This document shows, in pieces, positions 28,190 to 37,741 of a stretch of 64,000 nt of DNA (the stretch's first letter is position 1; each line of letters begins with the position of its first letter). The translations under genes and the position numbers were made by a program. The notes below the pieces were generated by a model that was given only the letters and a program-made list of their open reading frames with translations, was not told the origin of the DNA and did not search any database. The stretch is from Hyphomicrobiales bacterium. Lineage in GTDB: Bacteria > Pseudomonadota > Alphaproteobacteria > Rhizobiales > RI-29. The stretch covers positions 26,969 through 90,968 of the forward strand of contig WGLQ01000002.1 in assembly GCA_016125495.1 (NCBI GenBank). The letters run 5' to 3'.

Positions 28190-30090
28190 TGCAACGGGCA
28201 ATGGCGAGCGAACTCCTCAAGGTCGAGAACCTCGCGGTGACCTTCGCGGGCCCTACCGGTGAGGTGCAGGCGGTGCGCGACGTCTCGTTCCGCGTGCGGC
28301 CCGGCTCGTGCGTGGCCATTGTCGGCGAGAGCGGTTCGGGCAAGAGCGTGACGGCGCGCGCGATCCTCGGCATCCTGCCAAGGTCGGCACGGATCGTCGG
28401 CGGGCGCATCCTGTTCGCCGACAAGGGCTATGCGACGGCGCGTGATCTCGCGGCCCTGGCACCGGACTCGGAGGCCTATCGGGCGGTGCGCGGCGGACGC
28501 ATCTCCATGATCTTCCAAGAGCCGATGACCTCGCTTTCACCGCTGCACACGGTCGGCAATCAGATCGCTGAGGCGCTCGAGCTGCATCAGGATCTGAAAT
28601 CCGGTGAGGTGGAGGCGCGGTGCCTCGAGATGCTGCGGCTGGTGCGCTTTCCCGATCCCGATCGGGCCTTCAGGAGCTACCCGTTCGAACTCTCGGGCGG
28701 CTTGCGCCAGCGGGCGATGATCGCGATGGCGCTCGTTTGCGGACCGGCTCTCCTCATCGCCGACGAGCCGACGACCGCGCTCGACGTCACGGTTCAGGCG
28801 CAAATACTCGGACTTATCAAAGATTTGCAGCGGGATCTCGGCATGGCGGTCCTGCTCATCACGCACGACATGGGCGTGGTGGCGAACATCGCCGAAGAGG
28901 TGGTCGTCGTCTACAAGGGCGAGGTCATGGAGGCCGGCACGATCGGCGACATCCTCGGCGACCCGCAGCACGATTATCTCAAGGCGCTGCTGCGGGCGGT
29001 GCCGCGCATCGAGGGGGGTGGCACGATGCGCCTCCAGCCCTTGAGGGAGATCAATCCCGAGATCGGCAAGATGCTCGGCGCGCGGACAGAGGCCGAGACA
29101 GCGGGCCAGCACGCGGGCGCCGGGCCGCTCCTCGAGGTGCGCGGGCTCGTCAAGCGCTATACGATCCGCAACGCTCGGCGCGGCCTGCTGCGCAACACCG
29201 ACGAGCAACACACGGCGGTCGATCGGGTCTCGTTCAGCATCGAGCGCGGGGAGTGCCTCGGCCTCGTCGGCGAGAGCGGCTGCGGCAAAACGACCGTCTC
29301 GAAGATGATCCTCGGTGGCATCAGTTCGGACGAAGGGGAGATCCTCTTTCGTGCCGAGGATGGCGGGCAAGTCGACATGGCGCGGCTCGACGATTCCGCC
29401 ATGCGGCCTTACCGCAAGCGCATCCAGTACGTGTTCCAGGATCCGTTCGGCTCGCTCAATCCGCGCATGACGACCTTCGACATCCTCAGCGAGCCGCTGC
29501 AGATCCATGGGATCGGCGACAAAGCGTGGCGGCGCGAGATGGTGCAGGAAGCCATGCGGCTGGTCGGGCTCGATCCGCGATACCTCAACCGCTACCCGCA
29601 CAGCTTTTCGGGCGGTCAGCGCCAGCGCATCGGCATCGCGCGGGCCTTGATGCTGCGGCCGGAACTGGTCATCTGCGACGAACCCGTGTCCGCCCTCGAT
29701 GTCTCGACGCAGGCGCAAGTCCTCAATCTTCTCAAGGATTTGCAGGAACGGCTTGCGCTCACCTTCTTGTTCATCTCGCACGACCTCGCGGTGGTCAATT
29801 ACATCGCGGACCGCATCGCGGTGATGAGCCGCGGCAAACTCGTGGAAGTCGGCCCGCGCGAGGCCATCTTCAATAGACCGCGCCATCCTTACACGCGAGC
29901 GCTGCTCGGATCGGTGCCGACGCCCGACCTCGGCCGTCTGCTCGATTTCGAAGCGATCAGGGATACCGGGCTGACCGAGCCGGAGAACTGGCCCTATCCG
30001 TTCGGCGGCGAGGGGGGCAGCCAGCCGAGCCTTCTCGATCTCGGCGGCGGGCACATGGTGCGTGCGTACGAGGCGACCGAGGCCTCATGA
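28189..30090 (+). CDS. Peptide/opine/nickel-type ABC transporter ATP-binding protein, fused double ATPase (YejF/DppDF-like)
   Basis: Two ABC cassettes: Walker A GESGSGKS and GESGCGKT, signatures LSGGLRQR and FSGGQRQR, Walker [13 protein letters not shown] and [15 protein letters not shown] 28189 overlaps the upstream TGA. Confidence 0.9.
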   Translation: MQRAMASELLKVENLAVTFAGPTGEVQAVRDVSFRVRPGSCVAIVGESGSGKSVTARAILGILPRSARIVGGRILFADKGYATARDLAALAPDSEAYRAVRGGRISMIFQEPMTSLSPLHTVGNQIAEALELHQDLKSGEVEARCLEMLRLVRFPDPDRAFRSYPFELSGGLRQRAMIAMALVCGPALLIADEPTTALDVTVQAQILGLIKDLQRDLGMAVLLITHDMGVVANIAEEVVVVYKGEVMEAGTIGDILGDPQHDYLKALLRAVPRIEGGGTMRLQPLREINPEIGKMLGARTEAETAGQHAGAGPLLEVRGLVKRYTIRNARRGLLRNTDEQHTAVDRVSFSIERGECLGLVGESGCGKTTVSKMILGGISSDEGEILFRAEDGGQVDMARLDDSAMRPYRKRIQYVFQDPFGSLNPRMTTFDILSEPLQIHGIGDKAWRREMVQEAMRLVGLDPRYLNRYPHSFSGGQRQRIGIARALMLRPELVICDEPVSALDVSTQAQVLNLLKDLQERLALTFLFISHDLAVVNYIADRIAVMSRGKLVEVGPREAIFNRPRHPYTRALLGSVPTPDLGRLLDFEAIRDTGLTEPENWPYPFGGEGGSQPSLLDLGGGHMVRAYEATEAS

Positions 30091-31475
30091 CGGGGCGCCG
30101 CCGATCCAGATGGGGCAAGTCGATGCCGAAATGGCGATCGTCAGCGGGCGCGACGGGGACAGCGGGCGGGCTTCTCGTCCTCTGCGCAGAGGAGCCAGCG
30201 GACGTGGCGCTGGATGCCATCGCCGAAACTTGCCTCGGCGCCGGTCTCGCCCCGCCTCGGATCGAATTGTCGACGTCGGCGAACAATGGCGTGGCGGAAG
30301 ACGGTGCTACCTGGATCGAGCGCGCGCTCGAGGTGGCCGAGGCGCGACCGTGGACGCTGCTGTGGTTGATCGGACCCGACGAGGAACCGGTCGCCGATAG
30401 CCTCGCGATCGTGCTGGGTCTTCTCGACGTGGCTGGTGCCGTGTTCGGTGGGTGCGCGCTGGACGATGGGTTGGGTGCGACACCAGGCCTCCAACAGGTT
30501 CCAAAGATTGCGCGCTATACGGGCCAGGGTCGCCTCGCGCTGACCCATGGCGCGCTCGAATGGTGGATCGGGCCATCGCACATCGTCACGCGCGACGCAT
30601 TCTCGCTCGCCCGGGCGAGGATGCGCGAATTCGGTGGCGGCGTTCCGGGTTACGCCGCCGCACTCTGGGAGGCAGGATCATCCTTGAAGATCGCCGCGCC
30701 GCTCACCCGGGCGACGACGGGCGCGTTGCCAGGATCGATTGTCGGTGACGGAGCCGGCCTTCGCTGCCACCTCGAGCGCTCGCACGATCTCTGGATCCCC
30801 GTTTCGGCGCATGGGCGGTCGTTCGAGATGGCCTACACGGGCCGCAACCCGGCGATCGAGCGCGTGCAAATGCGCGGCCTCTTCTTCGAGGCCGGTGAGC
30901 TCGATTGCGTGCGATCGTACCTTGCCGGTCGCCAGGGAGGGATTGCGGTCGATGTCGGGGCGAACACGGGCAACCACGCCATCTACTTGGGGACGTTGAC
31001 GAACCTCGAGCGGGTGGTGGCGCTGGAGCCGGTTCCGGCAACATGTCGCTGGTTGGAGAGCGTGGTGGCCCGCAACGGGGCGAACCGTGTCGACCTCTCG
31101 CGGCTCGGGATCGCGGTTGGCGGGGCGCCGGGCCATGCACGGGCGGACGCGGGGCGACGCGGCCACCTCGGCTCGACGAGGCTCCATGCGGATGGCTCGG
31201 GCAGCATCGAGGTGGCAAGGCTCGACGACCTCGGGTTCAACAACGTGGCACTCTTGAAGATCGACGTCGAAGGTGGCGAAATCGCCGTGATCGAAGGGGC
31301 GAAGGGGCTGCTCGCCGAGAATTCGCCACTCATCCTCGTCGAGGTGATGGACGACAATCTCGCGTCGTTCCTCGCGTTCATGTCTCAATTGCGCTATCGA
31401 GTTGCGCAAGCGTTTGCCGAGCCGGGATATATCAACCTGGTGCTCGAAAGGGAGGGGTCGAATGATCGTTCTTAG
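30087..31475 (+). CDS. FkbM-family methyltransferase with an uncharacterised ~230-aa N-terminal domain
   Basis: C-terminal half carries [15 protein letters not shown]...[15 protein letters not shown]...[22 protein letters not shown] (FkbM signature). ATG 30087 overlaps the ATPase stop (ATGA). The exact start is uncertain. Confidence 0.7.
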   Translation: MTGRRRSRWGKSMPKWRSSAGATGTAGGLLVLCAEEPADVALDAIAETCLGAGLAPPRIELSTSANNGVAEDGATWIERALEVAEARPWTLLWLIGPDEEPVADSLAIVLGLLDVAGAVFGGCALDDGLGATPGLQQVPKIARYTGQGRLALTHGALEWWIGPSHIVTRDAFSLARARMREFGGGVPGYAAALWEAGSSLKIAAPLTRATTGALPGSIVGDGAGLRCHLERSHDLWIPVSAHGRSFEMAYTGRNPAIERVQMRGLFFEAGELDCVRSYLAGRQGGIAVDVGANTGNHAIYLGTLTNLERVVALEPVPATCRWLESVVARNGANRVDLSRLGIAVGGAPGHARADAGRRGHLGSTRLHADGSGSIEVARLDDLGFNNVALLKIDVEGGEIAVIEGAKGLLAENSPLILVEVMDDNLASFLAFMSQLRYRVAQAFAEPGYINLVLEREGSNDRS

Positions 31476-33432
31476 GGTGGCAGCTTCGGCGCGCGTCTCG
31501 CTCGAGCCGGCATTGCACGTCCGGTCATGGGTCGCGCGCGTTCGGATGCTCACAGTGGCGCTCGTGGTGCTGTCGGCATGTTTCGGGGCGACGAATTCGG
31601 CGGTGCGCGCCGGGGAACTGGTCGAACCACCCGCGCTGGCTGAAGAGGTCGCGGCCGGCAGATTGCCACCGCTCGCCGAGCGTTTGCCCGCACAGCCCAT
31701 GGTCATGAACGTTGCAGATGCCGGGCGGCATGGCGGCTCGCTTCGGATGCTCTTTGCGCGCGCCAAGGACATCCGCATCGTCACTGTCTACAGCTACGCC
31801 CGGCTGGTGCGTTACAATGAGGATCTGGAAATCGTGCCGGACATCGCCGAGGCGGTGGAGGTCGAGGAAGGGCGCTCGTTCACGATCCGCATCAGGGCCG
31901 GGCACAAGTGGTCCGACGGCCAACCCTTCACGAGCGAAGACTTCCGCTACTACTGGGAGGACATGGCAACGAATGCCGTCATCTCCCCGCTGGGGCCGGA
32001 GAGCATGCTGGTCGTGGACGGAAAACCGGCGACCTTCGAGGTGATCGACGAGCGCACGGTGCGCTATACGTGGGAGAAGCCGAACCCCTACTTCCTGCCG
32101 GCTCTCGCGGCGCCGCGGCCGCCGTTCATCTACCGGCCTGCCCACTACCTCCGGCAATTCCACGAACGCTATGCACCAGCGGACCGCCTCGCCGCGCTCG
32201 TTGCGGAACACTCGCAGCGCGATTGGCGGGCGCTGCACTACTTCATGGACAAGCCCTATACGGCCGACAACATCGCGTTTCCGAGCCTGCAACCGTGGGT
32301 CAATACGACGAACTCCCCCTCCGAGCGCTTCATCTTCAAGCGCAATCCCTATTTCCACCGGGTCGATCAGAACGGCAGGCAGTTGCCCTATCTCGACCAG
32401 CTCGTCGCGGGCATCACATCCGGTGATCTCATTCCGGCCAAGGTGGGCACGGGCGATGCGGACCTCCAGGCGCGGGGGCTCGAGTTCAAGAACTATACCT
32501 TCCTCAAGAACGGCGAGGATCGAAACGGTTACGATGTCCGCCTCTGGCGCACTGCCCAGGGCGCACGCGTCGCGCTGTTTCCCAACCTGCACGTGTCGGA
32601 CCCCGTGCAGCGGACACTGGCGCGCGATGTGCGGTTCCGCAGGGCGCTTTCACTGGCCATCGACAGGGGAGAGATCAACCAGACCCTGTTCTTCGGACTG
32701 GCGGAAGAATCGAACAACACCGTGATCCCGGACAGCCCGCTCTTCAAGGACGAATATCAGTCGAGTTGGGCGACCTACGACATCGACGAGGCCAATCGAC
32801 TGCTGGACGAAATCGGGCTGGTCCAGCGCGATGGGGAAGGTTATCGACTGATGTCGGACGGGCGCCGTCTGGAGATCATCGTGGAGACGGCAGGCGAGGA
32901 TCAGGAGCAGACGGACGTTCTGCAACTGGTCCGGGATACCTGGCGCAAGGCCGGAATCGCGCTCTTCATAAAGCCGTCGCGGCGCGAGGTGATGCGCGAT
33001 CATGCCAAGTCGGGCACGGCGTGGGTCACCATCTTCTATGGCATCGACAATGGACTGGCGGGCCCGGACACGGCGCCGATCGAATTCGTGCCGACGAGCG
33101 AGGACCAGCTGCAGTGGCCGCTCTGGGGGAGGTATTACGAGACCGCCGGCAAGAGCGGCGAGGCACCCGACATGCCGGAGGGCCAAAAGCTCGCAATGCT
33201 CCACGAGCGCTGGGCGAGTTCGCTCGACTCGGACGAGCGCGAGACCATCTGGCATGATATCCTTGCCACCCATGCCGAGAACGTCTTCACCATCGGGGTG
33301 GTCTGCCGGGTGCCGCAGCCTGTCGTCGTGAGCCGCAAGCTGCACAACGTGCCCGAAGATGGGATCTACAGCTGGGATCCAGGTGCCCACTTCGGTCTCT
33401 ACAGTCCCGATACGTTCTGGATGGACCAGTAG
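31462..33432 (+). CDS. ABC transporter substrate-binding protein, family 5 (peptide/opine/nickel type), large YejA-like form
   Basis: ATG 31462 lies after GGAGGGG and overlaps the upstream 3' end by 14 nt. Signal-like MLTVALVVLSACFGATNSAVRA, then RLPPLAERLPAQPMVMNV...GHKWSDGQPFTSEDFRYYWED, typical of family-5 SBPs. Alternative start at 31546. Confidence 0.8.
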   Translation: MIVLRVAASARVSLEPALHVRSWVARVRMLTVALVVLSACFGATNSAVRAGELVEPPALAEEVAAGRLPPLAERLPAQPMVMNVADAGRHGGSLRMLFARAKDIRIVTVYSYARLVRYNEDLEIVPDIAEAVEVEEGRSFTIRIRAGHKWSDGQPFTSEDFRYYWEDMATNAVISPLGPESMLVVDGKPATFEVIDERTVRYTWEKPNPYFLPALAAPRPPFIYRPAHYLRQFHERYAPADRLAALVAEHSQRDWRALHYFMDKPYTADNIAFPSLQPWVNTTNSPSERFIFKRNPYFHRVDQNGRQLPYLDQLVAGITSGDLIPAKVGTGDADLQARGLEFKNYTFLKNGEDRNGYDVRLWRTAQGARVALFPNLHVSDPVQRTLARDVRFRRALSLAIDRGEINQTLFFGLAEESNNTVIPDSPLFKDEYQSSWATYDIDEANRLLDEIGLVQRDGEGYRLMSDGRRLEIIVETAGEDQEQTDVLQLVRDTWRKAGIALFIKPSRREVMRDHAKSGTAWVTIFYGIDNGLAGPDTAPIEFVPTSEDQLQWPLWGRYYETAGKSGEAPDMPEGQKLAMLHERWASSLDSDERETIWHDILATHAENVFTIGVVCRVPQPVVVSRKLHNVPEDGIYSWDPGAHFGLYSPDTFWMDQ

Positions 33433-33524
33433 TCTGAGAAAGGCGCCCACCGTTCGGCGGGCGTCGGATCGGCGGCGGGCGCATCGCGTTCGCGAGCATG
33501 CAGTCAACGGAGGCGGCGGTCGGG

Positions 33525-34523
33525 ATGCTCGGATATCTGCTCCGCAGAACGGTGACGATGGCGGTGACCCTCTGGGTCATTTCGCTGCTCGTCTTCGTCA
33601 TTATCCAGCTCCCTCCGGGAGATTATCTCACCAGCCACCTCGACGAACTCAAGGCCCAAGGCGAGGCGGTCGATCCCAGGAAGATCGCCTTCCTCAGGGA
33701 GCAATACGGCCTCGACAAGCCGCTCTGGCAGCAATACCTGACCTGGGCGACGGGCCTCTTGCGGGGCGATCTAGGCTACAGCTTCGAATACAATCTGCCG
33801 GTCACAGAGGTCGTCGGGGACCGCTTGTGGCTCTCGATGCTGCTGAATTTCGCGACGGTGCTCTTCATCTACGTCGTTTCCTTCCCGATCGGTTTCTACT
33901 CCGCGACGCACCAGTACAGCTGGAGCGACTACGGGATCACTTTCCTCGGCCTCCTCGGGCTCGCGACGCCCAACTTCCTGCTCGCCCTGATCCTCCTCTA
34001 TCTGGCCAATTCCTGGTTCGGAATCTCGATCGGTGGCCTGATGGACCCCAAGTACATCGACCAACCCTGGACCTGGGGCAAGGCATTGTCGGTGCTCGAG
34101 CATCTGGCGGTGCCAGTGATCGTGATCGGAACCTCGGGCACGGCCGGCATGATCCGTCGGCTGCGGGCGAACCTGCTCGATGAACTGCAGAAGCAATATG
34201 TCGAGACGGGGCGGGCCAAGGGGCTGCCGGAGGGACGGCTGCTCAGGAAGTATCCGCTGCGCATGTCGCTCAACCCGTTCATCGCCGATATCGGGAGCCT
34301 GCTGCCGCAGATCGTCTCGGGCTCGGTGATCGTCTCGGCGGTGATGTCGTTGCCGACGACGGGGCCGATGCTGCTGCAGGCCTTGCAGAGCCAGGACATG
34401 TATCTCGCCGGTTCCTTCCTCATGTTCCTCGCACTGCTGACCGTGGTCGGAATGTTCGTCTCCGATGTCCTGCTCGCCGTTCTCGATCCGCGCATTCGGC
34501 TCGAGGGAGGGGTGCGGCGGTGA
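33525..34523 (+). CDS. ABC transporter permease (DppB/OppB/YejB-like)
   Basis: MLGYLLRRTVTMAVTLWVISLLVFVIIQL N-terminus and ETGRAKGLPEGRLLRKYPLR loop. GGAGG at 33509-33513. The track ORF begins at 33498 (alternative start). Confidence 0.85.
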   Translation: MLGYLLRRTVTMAVTLWVISLLVFVIIQLPPGDYLTSHLDELKAQGEAVDPRKIAFLREQYGLDKPLWQQYLTWATGLLRGDLGYSFEYNLPVTEVVGDRLWLSMLLNFATVLFIYVVSFPIGFYSATHQYSWSDYGITFLGLLGLATPNFLLALILLYLANSWFGISIGGLMDPKYIDQPWTWGKALSVLEHLAVPVIVIGTSGTAGMIRRLRANLLDELQKQYVETGRAKGLPEGRLLRKYPLRMSLNPFIADIGSLLPQIVSGSVIVSAVMSLPTTGPMLLQALQSQDMYLAGSFLMFLALLTVVGMFVSDVLLAVLDPRIRLEGGVRR

Positions 34524-35698
34524 AGGAGAGGAACAACGAAGGTCTCGAACCGCTCGCGCACTACGTTTCGCCGCGCCCCTTCGTGGTCGATGACGACGAG
34601 CGCCTGACGCCCGAGCAGGAGCGCTATTTCCTCGCCTCGCAATGGACGATGATGTGGTGGCGGTTCAAGCGCCACAAGGTCGCGCTGTGGTGCGGCATCA
34701 TCCTGCTGTTCGCCTATCTCTCAATTCTCATCACCGAAGTGCTGGCGCCCTATGCGCTGGAGACGCGTAACTCGCGCTTCATCTATGCGCCGCCGCAGTC
34801 GGTGCATCTCTTCCACGAGGGTTCCTTCGTCGGACCATTCGTCTATCCGCTGTCGTTCAAGCTCAACATGCAGACGCTGCAGCGCGAGTATTCCGTCGAC
34901 ACGCGGAAGCCGCAGCCGCTGCGCTTCTTTTGCGAAGGGGACCGATACCGATTCTGGGGGCTGGTCGAATCGCGCTTTCATCTCGTGTGCCCGCCGAAGG
35001 GGGGAACGCTCTTCATTGCCGGCACCGACAAGCTCGGGCGCGACGTGTTCAGCCGCCTCCTCTATGGCGCGCGCATTTCGCTCACCGTCGGGCTGGTCGG
35101 GATCGCCATCAGCTTCGTGCTCGGCATGACGCTCGGCGGTATCGCGGGTTATTTCGGTGGCTGGATCGACAATGTCATCCAGCGCGTCATCGAGATCCTG
35201 CGGTCGCTGCCGGAACTGCCGCTCTGGCTGGCGCTCTCGGCCGCCCTGCCGGTCACATGGAGCCCGATTCTCGTCTATTTCGGCATCACCGTGATCCTCG
35301 GGTTGCTGGACTGGCCGGGCCTCGCGCGGGCAGTTCGCTCCAAGCTGCTTTCGTTGCGCGAGGAGGATTTCGCAGTCGCATCGCGGCTCATGGGCGCGCG
35401 TCCACGCCACATCATCGCGCGCCACCTGCTGCCCAACTTCATGAGCCACCTCATCGCTTCGGCGACGCTTTCGATCCCTTCCATGATCCTCGGAGAGACG
35501 GCGCTCTCCTATCTCGGGCTCGGTCTGCGCCCGCCGATCACGAGCTGGGGTGTCATGCTCTCGGAAGCGCAGAACATCGAAGCCGTGGTGCTCTATCCCT
35601 GGCTGATGCTGCCGATGTTGCCGGTGGTGATCGTCGTTCTCGCCTTCAACTTTCTCGGCGATGGCCTGCGCGATGCGGCTGATCCCTACAGGAGCTGA
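34520..35698 (+). CDS. ABC transporter permease (DppC/OppC/YejE-like, with N-terminal extension)
   Basis: GTG 34520 overlaps the upstream TGA. WWRFKRHKVALWCGIILLF, GTDKLGRDVFSRLLYGARISL and ASRLMGARPRHIIARHLLPN are typical of this family. Confidence 0.85.
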   Translation: MKERNNEGLEPLAHYVSPRPFVVDDDERLTPEQERYFLASQWTMMWWRFKRHKVALWCGIILLFAYLSILITEVLAPYALETRNSRFIYAPPQSVHLFHEGSFVGPFVYPLSFKLNMQTLQREYSVDTRKPQPLRFFCEGDRYRFWGLVESRFHLVCPPKGGTLFIAGTDKLGRDVFSRLLYGARISLTVGLVGIAISFVLGMTLGGIAGYFGGWIDNVIQRVIEILRSLPELPLWLALSAALPVTWSPILVYFGITVILGLLDWPGLARAVRSKLLSLREEDFAVASRLMGARPRHIIARHLLPNFMSHLIASATLSIPSMILGETALSYLGLGLRPPITSWGVMLSEAQNIEAVVLYPWLMLPMLPVVIVVLAFNFLGDGLRDAADPYRS

Positions 35699-35703
35699 AA
35701 CCG

Positions 35704-36204
35704 GTGTCCAGGCTCGACAGCTTCATCCGCCGCATGATGGCGCAGCGCGATCTCATCAACGAAGCGGCCGCCATGATCGCCGAGGTACCCGGCGTCGTCT
35801 TCGAACTCGGCCTCGGCAACGGGCGCACTTTCGATCATCTGCGCGAACGGCTCCCGGGGCGCGAGATTTTCGTCTTCGACCGACGCGTCGCGGCGCATCC
35901 CTCCTCGGTGCCGGATGCAGGACACATGATCCTCGGAGAGGTCGGAGAAACGCTGCCGGCCGCGGTTGCCCGCCATCGGGGACGAGTGGCGATGGTGCAC
36001 AACGATCTCGGCGACGGTACGCCTGAGAACACGGCCGCGATCCGCACGATGCTCGAGGGGGCGCTCGCCCCAGCCCTCGCGCCGGGAGCGCTGGTTCTTT
36101 CGAATGCGCCGCTCATCATCGAGGGCACGCGCGAGCTGGCGCTGCCCGAGGGTATTGCGACGGGGCGTTATTTCCTCTACCGGCGGCAAGACGCGCGGGG
36201 TTGA
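35704..36204 (+). CDS. Small class I SAM-dependent methyltransferase-like protein (166 aa)
   Basis: GTG 35704 lies 9 nt after GGAG. VVFELGLGNGRTFDHLRERLPGREIFVFDR resembles a Rossmann SAM-binding G-x-G-x-G segment. Family recalled from alphaproteobacterial annotations. Confidence 0.55.
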   Translation: MSRLDSFIRRMMAQRDLINEAAAMIAEVPGVVFELGLGNGRTFDHLRERLPGREIFVFDRRVAAHPSSVPDAGHMILGEVGETLPAAVARHRGRVAMVHNDLGDGTPENTAAIRTMLEGALAPALAPGALVLSNAPLIIEGTRELALPEGIATGRYFLYRRQDARG

Positions 36205-36334
36205 TCCGGGGCGCGATCGCCGCCACGCAGGGGCTGCGCAATTGCCAAGCGGTCGCCGTTACGCCATGATCGTCCAGCGCGATCGGAGCGATGGCAAGGC
36301 CGCACGTCCGGTTGCATCTCCCGGAGGCGCCCAG

Positions 36335-37669
36335 ATGTCGTCGTCACCTTTTTCCATCGCCAAGCCCAAGATCGACCCGTCCCGTCGCCCTCAGGGCGGC
36401 ATGCGGCCGGACAACACACCCGACGACAACGACCGAGTGGAGATAGGGCCGACGCCATTGGCATTCGCGGAGTGGGAGGCGGCGGGGCTCGCGTGTCCCG
36501 ACCTGCCGGCCATGCGCGCGTTCCGGCTGAAGCGGCTGGTGGATGCCATCATAGCGCGCGATCTCGCAGGGCTGTTGATGTACGATCCGCTCAGCATCCG
36601 TTATGCGACCGACACGACGGACATGCAACTCTGGGCGGCGCACAATCCGTTCCGCGCCTGTCTCGTGCTCGCCGACGGGCACATGGTGCTCTGGGAATAC
36701 GCCGGGCTCAAGTATCTATCGGAATACAATCCTCTCGTCTCGGAGGTGCGGGGCGGCGGCTCGTTCTTCTATTTCGCGACCGGTGACCGAACGGAGGAGA
36801 AGGCAGCGCGCTTTGCCGGACAGGTCGACGAGCTCATGCGGACCCATGCTGGCACCAACCGGCGGCTCGCGGTCGACAAGATCCAGATCGCCGGTCTTCG
36901 GGCCCTCGAGCGGCTCGGCATCGAGGTCCACGATGGTGAGGAGGTGACGGAGCGCACGCGTGCGATCAAGGGGCCGGACGAAATCAAAGCGATGCGCTGC
37001 GCCATGTGGGCCTGCGAGCAGTCGGTGGCGGCCATGCGGATCGCGGCGCAACCGGGCGTTACGGAAAACGACGTTTGGGCGGAGTTGCACAAGGAGAACA
37101 TCAGACGGGGAGGGGAATGGATCGAGACCCGCATTCTGGCGTCAGGGCCGCGGACCAACCCGTGGTTCCAGGAATGCGGGCCGCGGGTGATCCAAAACAA
37201 CGAGATCCTGAGCTTCGATACCGATCTCATCGGGTGCTACGGGATGTGCGCGGACATCTCGAGGTCGTGGTTCATCGGCGACGGTCAACCGACGAACGAG
37301 CAGCGCCGCCTGCACGCGGTCGCCCATGAACACATCATGACGAACATGCAACTCTTGAGGCCCGGAGTGAGCTTCCGGGAACTGGCCTTTTCCGGCCACG
37401 CCCTGCCCGAGGAGTTCGTGCCGCAGCGCTACGGATCGAAATACCACGGCGTCGGGCTCTGCGACGAGTGGCCGGCGATCAAGTATCCGATGGACTACGA
37501 GGAACGCGGCTACGACGGCGTGTTGGAGCCCGGCATGATGCTTTGCGTCGAGGCCTATGTCGGCGCCGTCGGTGGCAAGGAGGGGATCAAGCTGGAGGAT
37601 CAGGTTCTCATCACCGAGACCGGCTATGAGAACCTGACGCGCTGTCCGTTCGACGAGAAGCTGATCTGA
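36335..37669 (+). CDS. dddP: DddP-like M24-family metalloenzyme (dimethylsulfoniopropionate lyase DddP family; substrate unverified)
   Basis: KIDPSRR...DNDRVEIGPTPLAFAEWEAAGL...DPLSIRYATDTTDMQLW...GGEWIETRILASGPRTNPWFQECGPRV...HGVGLCDEWP...IKLEDQVLITETGYENLT closely follows my recollection of DddP sequences (creatinase/prolidase fold). ATG 36335 after CCGGAGG; alternative start at 36266. Confidence 0.6.
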   Translation: MSSSPFSIAKPKIDPSRRPQGGMRPDNTPDDNDRVEIGPTPLAFAEWEAAGLACPDLPAMRAFRLKRLVDAIIARDLAGLLMYDPLSIRYATDTTDMQLWAAHNPFRACLVLADGHMVLWEYAGLKYLSEYNPLVSEVRGGGSFFYFATGDRTEEKAARFAGQVDELMRTHAGTNRRLAVDKIQIAGLRALERLGIEVHDGEEVTERTRAIKGPDEIKAMRCAMWACEQSVAAMRIAAQPGVTENDVWAELHKENIRRGGEWIETRILASGPRTNPWFQECGPRVIQNNEILSFDTDLIGCYGMCADISRSWFIGDGQPTNEQRRLHAVAHEHIMTNMQLLRPGVSFRELAFSGHALPEEFVPQRYGSKYHGVGLCDEWPAIKYPMDYEERGYDGVLEPGMMLCVEAYVGAVGGKEGIKLEDQVLITETGYENLTRCPFDEKLI

Positions 37670-37741
37670 AGTCCTCGACCGGTCGGGGAACGGCCCGGTC
37701 ACCCCGCAGGCACGGAAAAGCGCCGGCGATGGCGCCGCTTG

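Noticed and set aside
37700-37741. Possible intrinsic terminator between convergent dddP-like and caiD (GCGCC-N6-GGCGC, followed by TTTT on the minus strand)
   Set aside because: It has only a 5-bp stem with alternative imperfect pairings. That is too weak to call without an energy calculation.
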